Source: Eledone cirrhosa (Eukaryota). Taken from it: a stretch of DNA of 64,000 bases. The DNA lies in NCBI GenBank assembly GCA_964016885.1, contig OZ024740.1, positions 436,542,001-436,606,000 of the forward strand, written 5' to 3'. Below are positions 1-11,918 of the stretch, piece after piece. A program made the translations under genes and the position numbers. Positions within the stretch are counted from its first letter, which is position 1. Each line of letters starts with the position of its first letter. The notes under the pieces are model-generated. The model did not search any database and was not told the DNA's origin. It saw only the letters and a list, made by a program, of their open reading frames with translations.

Positions 1-487
1 ACATATACAATCACCCGCATACACACACTCGTAAAAATAAGAATGTAAAAAACATAGATATAAAAAACATAGATATAAAAACACACATACACACACATAT
101 ATATACGTACACACGCACACATACGTAGGCGTTCGTATACATATACAGAACGTATACACACATAAGCACACTCAGACACATAGATACAGATTATAAATCA
201 GCCATATGAATAAATCAGTACAAATATAAAATCGGCTGCGAAACAACAGAATATATCAGGAGTGGAAAACGCAAGTGACAGGTGATATCAGGTAGTGAAA
301 GAAAATGGGGAAGTAAAATGTAGAATGTGAAGATATTAGGTAAGTGAATCGAAAAGTAGGGGGGGGGGGGTACTGGTGGATGTGAAGTAAAAATAAAAAT
401 AAAATTAAAAATAAAGTTAAAAATGAAAGTAAATCAGAAAGAGAAATCTGTAAAGAGGATAATTTAAGGAAAGTGAAGAATAAGAGT

Positions 488-2335
488 TTATGGAGGATAA
501 GTATCTGAAAGTGAGTTAAGTTTATATGAGCTGGAAAGCAAGTGTGATTTCATGTGTGGGCAACTAGTGAAAATGTCTGTTTTTGTATTTAGGCAGGTTT
601 TTGGTGATTTAAGGTTCTGTAAAATCCAATATTTTTCACTTATGCAGAGTGTGCATCTTCTTGTTCCTCTTACATATTCTTTAGATTGGTTCAAAATTGA
701 CCAATCCAATTTATATTGGATACCTTGGTCTTTCAAATCCCATATTCTGCTAGCCAGAGCTGTTGTGAATCTTTTTTCTGGATGTCGGAAAGATGCGACA
801 TGTGAGTAATAACGCGTTTTGAATTTGTCTTGTGTCATACCCACATATTGTTCGCTGGTGGCTGGTTGGTTGTTGCTGATGGTTGTCACTTTAGCCGCAT
901 ATACAATGGCTTTGGTGTTGCAGTTACCTTGTAATGGGCATTCACTTTTGACTCTACAGGAGCAATTTTCATGTTTTCTGGGTGATTTCTTATTGATGAT
1001 ATAAGATTTAATAGGGGGACCGCAGGAGTAGCTAATGTTGACACAGTTTCTATTGAAGATCTTATAGTATCTATGTGTTCTAGGGAAATGTTTATCTAAG
1101 AGCTCTAGGAATTTTTTGCCTACATTAGTTTTAACTGCTAGAGAGTAAGGGGCTGTGAACCAGATTGTTTTTCTTTTCCTATTATTATGATTAAAAGAGT
1201 TAGTATTGTTGGGTATGTACTTAATCGGTTCGCTAAATCCGCTATTTTGAAGGGCTTTATTATAGTAGTGATGCCTTATTGAAAATAGCTTCTGAGGAAG
1301 AGAGGGTGGAGATCCTACGGCTAATATTAGGGATAAGGTTTTTAAAAACTATAGGAGGATGGCAAGAGCCTTTATTTATATATTTTAAATTTTCATTAGG
1401 TTTATGGTATGGTTTATAAGAAGCAGTAGGCAAATCTAGGTTTATATCTAGAAAATTAACATTGGAAAGGTTAGTGTCAATAGTAATTTTAAGATTAAAA
1501 CTAGCGAAGGTTTTTATTAAGTCTTTCCTTAGTCTATCTAAGTTATGACCTATGGTGGTATGGGAAAGTATTAGACCATCGTCGCGATAAAGCCCAAAAA
1601 TATGGTTGGGGAATTTTTCTTTGAGTGTGTGTAGGAGGAATAGGCCGACTAAATCACAAACATCAGCACTGTCAAAAGAGCCCATTGAGACATCGAATGG
1701 GCTCTCTGGGTTAGATATTTTTACTCAAGTGTCATTATCAGTAAAGAGTAGAGTATTTCTAGCATGCAAGATGACATTCTCTTCAATATCAGAAACATTG
1801 GTAAACTTTCTAGCGAAATTTAAGGCTTTCGCTAAAAGAGTCTGAGTGATAGACGGGTAGAAATCTACAATGTCAAATTGGGTGAATCTAGAACTATTTT
1901 TATCTTTAATATTATTAAACCAATGTACTACGGAAGACCTATTTATCCATTGGAGTAATTCAGACTTACTTCTAATCTGTGTGTTTATATTATTTAAAAT
2001 TTTTTTGTTGGCAAGACCGATATCAGTCTTAGCAGGGTTTATTAATCTACAACTAGGACGATTAATAAAGTCAGGTTTGTGATCTTTAAGGGTGATATAT
2101 TCATTACGTTTAGCAAGTTTTTCGGTCCTATTATCTATTTTTAAAGAACTAGCTAATTCTTTAGCTTCCTTATTTATATTATTATACGTGTTTATATTAG
2201 CTATTTGGTATTTAGAGGTGATGTTATCTATTAAGAGTTGGTCATGTAAATTATTATTAACTTCGTATAAGTTTTTAGTTTTGTCGGAGAAAATGAACTT
2301 ATTTTTAGAAGATTTGAATATTGAAACTTCAATAC
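488..2335 (-). mobile_element. Penelope-like element, Naiad-type (RT + Cys linker + GIY-YIG endonuclease); 5'-truncated and disrupted
   Basis: Manual translation gives FSDKTKNLY, ITLKDHKPDF..PSCRLINPAK, QFDIVDFYPSI, FDVSMGSFDSADVCDLVG, GLYRDDGL, IWFTAPYS..KHFP..KIFNRN..SYSC, a CSCx5Cx5C linker, IVYAAKV..YVGMT..FKTRY..H, CTLCISEK and LNTK..CPH. In-frame TGA at 1725-1727 and a frameshift near 1265. The 5' end abuts (TA)n. Confidence 0.9.
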
Positions 2336-2337
2336 TT

Positions 2338-2427
<90 letters not shown>
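2336..2427. repeat. (TA)n microsatellite (others at ~2634-2700, 4210-4337, 5855-5990, 7347-7426, 28011-28036, 32395-32427, 34081-34124)
   Basis: Read directly from the sequence. Confidence 0.98.
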
Positions 2428-2431
<4 letters not shown>

Positions 2432-2547
2432 GTCTTCTATGGGACTAGAACTGTTTCATTCGGCAGAAATCATCAGAAGAGCACCAGGAGAGCTCTCTTG
2501 ATGGATTTCTCCCGAATGAAACAGTTCTAGTCCTGTAGAAGCCATTT
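2428..2547. repeat. ~120-bp imperfect palindrome (foldback/MITE-like)
   Basis: The arm aaatgtcttctatgggactagaactgtttcattcggcagaaatcatcagaagagc has a near reverse complement at 2492-2547. A part copy lies at ~33130-33154. Confidence 0.85.
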
Positions 2548-2636
2548 CTATATTATATATTAAATATTTATACTCTGCTATGTATTGAGTACTTTACTTA
2601 CTGTGGTTACTCCCGATTGAACCCGGGATAAACATA

Positions 2637-2705
<69 letters not shown>

Positions 2706-3986
2706 AAGTATGACCCCGACGGCAGAGCTCAAGCCGTTTCGACGTTTCTGGACTAAAGTGATTACCCACTCTACTACCTTAAGTATTGTGTACTCTGGTG
2801 CGTTATGGTCCATCTGGTTTCTTACCACGCCTCCTTTGTTATATATATATATAGATATATATATATGCGTGTGTGTATGTGTGTGAGTGTGTATCATCAT
2901 CATCATCATCTTATGTTCACTTTCCATGGGGTGAACAGCTGGTTTCAGTCTCAATCCTTATTGAAATCTTCATCAGAAACTATTTATATCTTTCACAATC
3001 TACACAACGAAAGGCTTTATACAGCCGTCAGATATGGCGGACCTAGACAAGACAATCAGAGCTACTAATTTTCATAATGGTCGTGTTTACTGTGCTAATT
3101 AAATCAAATATACTGTGCAGTAAACAACATATCTCTATAAACAGTACAGGTCTTATTTATCTCTCGGTTGAAGCAGAGGAATAGCTTGTGCTTACATTTC
3201 TCGCAGCTTCGGTCAAAAACCAGTAATGTTTGTACAGATATCAATTTATAGTATAAGCTGGTTAATACATATTATCATATATAATTGAATTAACTACCAT
3301 CTTTAATCACTTAAATTATACATATTAGTAAGTTCAGTTCTCTAGTTCTACTATATCTGATGGGTATATAAAACCTTTAGTTGTGTATTTCCTCATTGAT
3401 TGTGAAGGATGTAGACAGTTTCTGATTACAATTTCAACAAAGACCAAAACTTGAATGAAACTGTTCGTGTTTTTCAATTTAGAGAAAAATACATAAATAT
3501 CTCATGTTTATTGTGTTTAAATACATTTTTATAATGTTTACATTCACGTTTTCTCAGATTTGGTTAAAGCTCTGTACTGTTTGTGCAGATGTTAATATAT
3601 ATCTGGGCCCTCCGTAGCTCAGTATGGTCAAAGGAAAAAGTTGAAAATGCAATTAGAATCTTTAAACAGGTATATTTACTATAATCTGTAACTTTACCGA
3701 TTTCAGGATTTTCAAACGTTAAGAGTGATGGAAAGATGTGTGTCTATGCCGACTTGTAACTCACATCTATATGTGTATATGTGTACATGTCTTTTACTTA
3801 GTCTCGCATTACCGTTGGATTCGTAGGTGTAAAATGTATATCTAATAGGTCTTATAAGAATACATATAGAAAATAAGAAGTTATAATTAATAGAATATAT
3901 GGAAATCCTCAACATTATTATTGGATGTGTTCTTAACATTTTCCTCTTTAATCACGGATATTAAATTACTAGGAAATTTGTCTCTA

Positions 3987-4157
<171 letters not shown>

Positions 4158-4209
4158 TTGTCTCTACATGTACATGTGTGTATATTATATATCTCGACAT
4201 GTACATGTG

Positions 4210-4247
<38 letters not shown>

Positions 4248-4259
4248 CATGTACATGTG

Positions 4260-4338
<79 letters not shown>

Positions 4339-5208
4339 CTACTACATCTGACTAACAAACTATCCTCTTGCATTATCTGTGTTAACTGCCGAATGTATTT
4401 TAATTTTGTTTTAATTTTAATTTTGATTTTGATCTTGAATTTGAATTTCTATACAGAAATAATATAGTATAATATATGTCACCCCACTGTACATCAATAT
4501 ATATATATGTATCTGTATTTTTCTTGAGTTGGAAAGGAGGTCAATTATGTGTACAAACATTGAAAAATGCTCCGAAGATTCCAAGCCTAGGTTTGGATGA
4601 AACAATTGTAAGTGAATAAATGCTTTAAACATAACTTTGATTCTTGTGAATTCTATATATATATATGTATGTATGTACATACAAACTTTCTAAGTATTTG
4701 ACTCTAACCATTATTTTCAGTATTACCACCTCACAGTAATTACTCAATTTGTATGTGTGGATGTGTGTGTCTGTGTCTGTGGGGGTGGGTGTGAGTGTAT
4801 GTGCAAGTCAACCTACATAAGTCTTTTTATTTGTAAATTTTCTAGTATTCTACTCTAACCATAATTTTCAGTAGTACCACTCCACATAAATTCCTCAATT
4901 TAAGAATGACCTGTAGTATCGAATTTCATACTATTAACCTCAATTGAATATATATCTGACCAGGAATGCTTTTTGTGAAAATCAGTCATATGGAACTATT
5001 GTCATCTTGCCTAACGGTTTGAACTTTACAACACCACCTGCCTCTTTGAGGTCAAATACCAACCTTACTAGCATCTACAAACTGACCAATGAGAATTAAG
5101 ACTATTCCTACTGACAACATTAAATTATTCCTAACAAGCTCATATGTCCCAAGGCTCTGATACCATCAACACCATAAACACAGAGCTGGCATATCTAAGA
5201 ACTGACTA

Positions 5209-5264
5209 ACTGCCTGATGAGGTCATAGCCATTTAATGGCTAACATCGAAATATATATAGCAGT
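5209..5264 (+). ncRNA. Type I minimal hammerhead ribozyme (Penelope pLTR type)
   Basis: actgc-CTGATGA-ggtcatagccat(tta)atggctaacatc-GAAA-tatata-TA-gcagt: 5-bp stem I, intact core, palindromic stem III. AATAAA follows at once, then (TA)n at 5310. Confidence 0.85.
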
Positions 5265-5334
5265 AAATAAAGGATTATGAGTTCATGCAATTGACTTATC
5301 TTTCGTCACTATATATATATATATATATATATAC

Positions 5335-5838
5335 ATGTCCTGCGTCTCCAATAGACCAGCGTCTGTCCTTAGGGCATCAACATACGTTAACCTTGGTCTT
5401 CCTCTTCCAGTGTGTCCATGTAGGGGCTCCCACGGGAGCACTGAGTGCAATGTCAACTCTGGATGTCGGTGAGCATGTCCAGCTAACCTCAGTCTCCTCT
5501 GTATCACTTTTGAGGTGACTTTTGGGATGCTCCCATACAGCTCTGAGTTTTCATCTTCAGTGTATACTGATTAATGTTCAGAGCCATCCTCAGCATTCTC
5601 GTATAGCACCCATCCACCATCTGAGTGAGTTTCTTGGTCAGTGTCCAAGTCTCAGACCCGTACAGCAGCACAGACTCCACTACAGCAATGAAGATGCGGA
5701 TTTTCAGGTCTTTACGAAGGTCCGACTTCCACACCGATCTCAAGCTCTGGCACGCCACCCATGGCAGCGATAATGAGGGACAGAGACCGGTGGAGAGAAC
5801 TCGTCCATGGATCTCGGGAATTTTACCCGCCCTAGAAA
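5335..5838. mobile_element. RTE-type LINE 3' fragment with a 5' inversion
   Basis: Minus 5335-5755 encodes [49 protein letters not shown]. Plus 5760-5835 continues [18 protein letters not shown]-like atatatacatgt at 5327-5338 and 5839-5850. Confidence 0.85.
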
Positions 5839-5894
5839 ATATATACATGTGCATTTATATATATATATATATATATATCTACATGTACATACGT

Positions 5895-5925
<31 letters not shown>

Positions 5926-5930
5926 CATAC

Positions 5931-5984
<54 letters not shown>

Positions 5985-5992
<8 letters not shown>

Positions 5993-7204
5993 TATAAAGC
6001 TGACGGCCGTATGTAGGTAACAAACTTTACGCCAAGAGGCTGGACCAAACAGCACCAAATTTGCACCATAGATGTAACTTTTTCCAAGTAAGAAGGTGAG
6101 GGTATTTTTGTCTACTGAATTTTGTTAAAAGATTAAATACATTATTTAAATATTCACTTCTTTAAAATTTAAAATGTCAACACTTCCGGTTATACGACAT
6201 TCCTAACGTCTTCACGAACCAAAGTATCGTCTTCCTGTTTTCTTTCGGTTGCAACGTTTTTCGAAATATTTACTTCTACGTTCACAGATTGATTTTTTTA
6301 GTTTCAGAAGATCCCGTTAAGAGTGAAAGCAGCGATTCTTTGCTTAAACTTTAATCTGTTATTTTAATATATATATATATATAATTATATATTCGTGTAC
6401 AGATATTTTAGCATACACAAAAACGATATATAAACAAATGTATTTATTTCTCGAAAGCACAGACGGCTTATCGTCATTGTTACTGCCGATATGCCACCCA
6501 AAAAGTCCTAGCCTGGCCGCAAGATCAGATTTTCCAGAAGAAAAAATGTTACTAGAGCAACAGAGAGACTAAGCTTCGCGATTTCCATCAACAAAGATAA
6601 AGAAGGAAGAGGAGAGGAAGGAGAGAAGCAGAAAATAAATCTACAATGAAAGAACATCTTAAAGTTTATCCAAGGCAAATGTTGTATTTATTAACATTTA
6701 AATCTGCAGGTTCTTAGCAATCTTGTTGGCGCTTTAGTATGGTATTCAATTCTCATATCGCTTTTGATTGATATGGTGCATATATCGCAGCTATTCATAT
6801 GTTTTATAAAAGAGAGATGTTTGTTGGTTGGTTCCTTCGCGTATCACACGAAAAAAAACAAAAGTGACAATCGGAAAGTATGTACAGGATTGGGATAAGA
6901 GTATATCCAGGAAAATTTATTGATACTAATTTTATAACACCAAAGAAGAAGAAAGATATACCAGGTATGCTAACCAGCCTGACTGCTATTTCTAGCAGGT
7001 TGGGAATCAACCATAAGGGATTCTCTCTGCGAGTTCGTTGTCAGTGATAATCGTGTTTCGAGGCCTATGTCTCCGATTCCAACGGTGGTTTACACACACA
7101 CACACGCGCACACGCACACACACGAACACTCACACAGGAACACACACACACACATATATATATACACACATATATATACACTCACACACACACACACACG
7201 AACA

Positions 7205-7240
<36 letters not shown>

Positions 7241-7345
7241 ACACACTGTAAACAAGACAATGCATTCAATACAGACGTTTTCTCTTCTGCCGGTCTTCTC
7301 TTATCATTTGTTAACCTTGGCGAAGCTGGCTGGGTACCTCAGCTA

Positions 7346-7346
<1 letters not shown>
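5985..7346 (+). mobile_element. Non-autonomous Helitron
   Basis: The 5' end tatactataaagctg resembles the 5' end at 35716. The 3' end has a GC-rich degenerate hairpin (ccttggcgaagctggctggg) then CTAG|T. No TSD; sits in (TA)n. Confidence 0.6.
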
Positions 7347-7427
<81 letters not shown>

Positions 7428-8199
7428 TTGTGTATCAAGTAAATATCTTAAATAACCTCCTATTTGACAGATGAAATGACTGCCTCTTCTTACTCCCGTC
7501 TCTTTCTTAGTTTTTTAACCAATGTTTTTTATTTGTTTTTATTTGCTTTTGTTTCTTTTATGTTTTCTGTTGTATTTCTTTCCATTTACACCACAGATAT
7601 GAACTAAGTTGTCTCCCCATTCAACTCAGTATCAAGTATCAGTAGTGATAAACCATTTGCTCCAGGCAGTCATTAAACGTGTCTTATCAATACATGTCTT
7701 GGCCTTCAGAAAGATTCTGCCAAGCAACGTTTCCATGTTAAAACATCGTTAACATTATTGATTATGTTCTAATTTCAAGGGTATAGGAAAAGTGATAAAA
7801 ATGCCGTTTGTCATCGATCTGCAATATCACTGTTGCTATCACAGAAAATAAGGTGGGAAATTATTGTTCTAAGTACATTCCTATCTATAAAAACAATAGT
7901 AAAACACTGTATAGGTAATGACAACGAAAAAATAATGATTATCACGTTGATAATATTAATTATCGTAATTATTATTTCTTTTTCTCTTCCACGGGGCAAT
8001 GGGTGAGGGAAACGTTACAAAGTGAAATTACAAACCTGATGGCGGGGGTTAACCCAGCATCGATTATGGAAATCCCTGGTGTGGGAAACAAAAGTATACA
8101 ACACGTATGAAATGAAGCGTCTCAATAGAGGTGAAGGAGAGCCAGTTGTGGCCCTTGTGATTAAGTATGAAATACAGCAGATTACCATGACAACTACAA

Positions 8200-8780
8200 G
8201 AAAGTATCATCTCATATCTGTGTTCTCTGCTCTAGAAACATATGCTGGAAGTAGGCCAACATACTCCTGCCATTCTCGTAACCCTCACCCACCTTTCAGC
8301 AAATTCACTGAAGGGAAACACATCTCTCCAGCAGCCTCTTCCTCTCCAAGTGCAACTTGGCGATATTGATGAGAGCTTGCCGAAGAGAAAACTTTGTGTT
8401 CAGTCCTTTCCACCATATAGGGGGCCGACTGGTAATTCCAGTCAAAAGAAAGTGGTGTGGTTCTCCTCACGTAGGACGAATCTGATAGCTGAATCCGTCA
8501 TACATGCGACTATAACTGCTCGACATCACATCATAAGTCAACAGTTCTCGGACAATGAACGAGTGTATACAGAATAGTTTCGTAGCCCTCCATGCAGCTG
8601 TTCGCTTGATCCTCGCCGATGAGTAATATGTCCCCTGAGAATGTCATTACATTATTTCCCATTTAAATAATGCAAGGTTTTACTTAGGCTGGCTGCTTTG
8701 CCTGACATGTACCGAACTATGAACGTCCCACATTCCAAGTGACCAATGCTGGTGTTCGCGTCACACGAGATTGCAGACAA
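8200..8780 (-). mobile_element. Possible highly decayed RTE endonuclease region
   Basis: Only fragmentary motifs in different frames (LVTWNVG; GYENGRSMLAYF). Confidence 0.25.
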
Positions 8781-9177
8781 ACTGCAGAAAATATAGCAGA
8801 GGTAGTAACAACAAGTACAACAATAGGTTCCAGGGTTGAGGACCATGACTGTTATAACCCCTTCTTCTAGAGTACTACCTGTTGTAACTCAGGAAATAGA
8901 GAGAGCGAAAGCAAAACAAATCCCCCCGTCTTTAGTATCCTCATCCCCAGGGTCTGAGAAGTTAAGGCACCGAGAAACAAGGTGTCCTTTCCTCCAGACT
9001 GATGAGATCCAATGAGTTAGCTGTGATGGAGTTGAGATGGAAACAAGAGAATGTTGCGAAATATCTCTTGCTCCAAATATCATTAATGTAATATTTCGTA
9101 TCTCAGAATGTGGATACTGTCGTAATATTTTGTATTTTTCTACCTAGTCTTACACCAAGTTTACAATATTATTACCT

Positions 9178-9303
9178 TTACGATCTGAGTTCAAATCCCG
9201 TCGAGGTTAACTTTGCCTTTCATCCTTACGGGGTCGATAAAATAAAGTACCAGTAATGTACTGGGTAATTGCTGGCCTTGTGCCTAAAGTAGAAACAATT
9301 ATT
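9178..9303 (+). mobile_element. tRNA-derived SINE fragment with Meta-like core
   Basis: B-box gagttcaaatccc followed by ctttgcctttcatccttacggggtcgataaaataaagtaccag. Homologous to 33418-33548 (-) and 11805-11918 (+). Confidence 0.8.
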
Positions 9304-9987
9304 ACCTTATATAATACTGGGATAGCTATGTTGTTGGTGGCTCACACTTCTTTCTTCTTCATTTTAAAGAAGAAAAACCCCCAAAAGTTTACTATTTAGC
9401 CTTGTTGTGATTCACAACAATGGAAGGAATATTATAGACGAATTATTCCTTCCTAACAGATCCTTTCGTTCATTTGTATTGTACTCTGTCTAGTTCGTTA
9501 TTTCCTATGTATTTATAAACCTGTGTTTCGGCTAATATTCTGATAACTCTTTCTTTATCTAACATTATATAACAGTATTCATAATTAATTTCCCTCTTTT
9601 CGGGGTTTCCTTAGCGTATATCTCATTAATTTCTTTTGTAAATCTGTGTATTTTCTGCAATGGTGTTTCTATATTTAACCAGCAACAATAATCAACCCGA
9701 GGGAAACCATGTAAACAAGATGGCTGATTGTTCTCCTATAACCCAAAGTTAAGAGGAGAATACGTACTCGAAGTTTGATACATAAAAATATCCATAAAAT
9801 GGAACGTTCAAAAGCCTATATCGCCAGAAACAAATAAGACGAGGCCCTGAAAAATAAAAACATTAATAACCTAAATCAACTTTATTTTTCATTTAAAAAC
9901 AGGCTTCGATTCCAGTCAAGTAGCGAAGCTGAGAAGATTCATTCTTAAAATAAAATTGAAAAAATAAACATAAAAATGAACACAAAA

Positions 9988-10397
9988 TACACTTGAGTCT
10001 CGAATAATCGACCCCCCCCCCCATTCCCCCTTTATTTATTTTTCAGATTTTTTCCACATCCCATCCACCTCCGCTCATATTCCACCCCACCACCACCAGC
10101 TTATTATTTGTGCTAATCTATCTCCGACGAAATTTTATTTTAAGTGGTAGCACTCCTGCGACAATTGTCTTTATATATATATAAAAAAACATTATACATG
10201 ATAAAAAAAAGTGCATTACAAGAAATCTCATACGGTATAAAATAAATAGGATTAATTGGGATCTCAATATGTAAACTAAACGACTAATTCTGTTTTTTTT
10301 TTAATCAATAGAGACAACCTAGGAAAGTTAGCGAATCTCCACCACCACCTACCAGCCTCTTATTCCAAACCCCTCTATTATTTGGGACCCGAGAGTA
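9988..10397. mobile_element. MITE-like element with degenerate terminal inverted repeats
   Basis: Left tacacttgagtctcgaataat vs reverse complement of the right end tactctcgggtcccaaataat (16/21 identical). TA at both ends; non-coding. Confidence 0.5.
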
Positions 10398-10959
10398 CAA
10401 AAATGGAAATAACAGAACATAATACCAAGACAATTGCGACAACCCCAATACAAATCGGTAGCACCCTAACAAAATATGATAGAAATATTATATGAATGGA
10501 GAACAGATTTCAATGCATTATCTTATGAAGCTGGGGATTTCCAACACAAAATGTACCTAAATTTGAGATAATTGAATTATTAACATCGATAGATTTACAT
10601 GTAACCCAGTGAAGGACTCTCCTAATGATAAAATAGCAATAAACCTGACGATAAAAGAGCAATAAAAATAGTAAAAATCAATATTGGCCACCTTATACTT
10701 ATTAGAAATAGATAGAAACGGGATAGACTAAATAATCGAGGAAAAAGCCACACAAATCACAAAACAATTCTTTTTTTCAAACGTTCCCATATCTAAGCCC
10801 AGCAAACAACGTTGATGTCATACAGAGAGAGGTTGAGGAATACTTCACAAACGGAATATAAGAAAACACTTCGAAATGAAAACGTATCTAAAAGACAGGT
10901 TTGTTGCTAAATGGTAAGAAATCGCTTATGAAAATTACCAAGAAGGAAAATCGATGCTG

Positions 10960-11659
10960 CGAAGACTGAGACACTCTCAAGAAAGTCTGTGCAGTACACT
11001 CTAGATGTAAGTAAATTTCCACTGAAGCAGGTAGAGAAGTTCAAATATCTCGGAACGTGTTTGCGAGAGATGGAAGGCAGCAGGTTGAATTAAGTGTAAT
11101 AATTGCAGGAACTGGTGCAGTAATACGTCAGCTTCAGCATACCGGTAATAAGAAGAAGGGAGCTAGATGTAAAAGCCAAACTCAGTATCTTACCTATGGA
11201 CTTGAATTTTCGGTAATGACCGAAGAAATACGATCGCGAATACAAACGACCGGAATAGGGTTCCTCCGAAGGGTCTTTGGAGTAACGTTATTAGATAAAG
11301 TGCGTAGCTCGGGGGTCAGAGAGTCACTCCAAGTAAAGCCGCTACTTCTCCGAATTGAGAGATCACAGCTCCAATACTATGGGCATGTGGTTAGAATGTA
11401 TCAGGAAAGAATTGCTGGTCATATTTTAAGGACAGAACCCACCGGCAGGAGACCTAAGGGTAGATCTCAAGCAAGATGGTTGGATAACATCCATAAGCTC
11501 GGCTGGTTTCACTTGGGGATCTAGTCAGATCAATTGGAGATGGTTGCTTCTGACAGGACCCATTGGAAGGAGTATTTGAGGACTCTGCCCCCACGACCCT
11601 CCCAAGAAGAAGAAGAAGAAGAAGAAGAAGAAGAAGAAGAAGAAGAAGAAGAAGAAGAA
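10960..11659 (+). mobile_element. RTE-clade LINE 3' fragment with (GAA)n tail
   Basis: LKQVEKFKYLG..GFLRRVFGVTLLDKVRS..RIERSQLQYYGHVVRM..GRRPKGR..W. (GAA)n at 11604-11659. Confidence 0.9.
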
Positions 11660-11804
11660 GCGCAGTTAGCCAGAACAAATACCGAGACATTTTTAATCCG
11701 ATCCCCTAAAAACTGGTCGACTTGAAAGAATATGAAATAACACTTCATTTTACACAGAATAGAAAACTATAAACAACTGCATAACGACATAAAGATGTTT
11801 AACA

Positions 11805-11918
11805 TTGGTATCATCGCTAGAAGTCGTTAGAACGTCAGGTGGATCTTCTGAGGTATTCATTTTGGCTCTCTCTTCTCTGAGTTCAAATGGCGCTGATGTC
11901 AACTTCGTTATTCATCCA
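11805..11918 (+). mobile_element. Decayed Meta-like SINE head running into the minisatellite
   Basis: gtcgttagaac..ggtattcat..ctctgagttcaaat..gtcaactt..ttcatcc aligns with the SINE at 33418-33548 (-). Confidence 0.6.

Noticed and set aside
1725-1727. In-frame TGA as selenocysteine in the Naiad RT
   Set aside because: It falls at a position that is normally Trp (WVK), the copy is also frameshifted, and no SECIS was seen. A TGG>TGA mutation is simpler.
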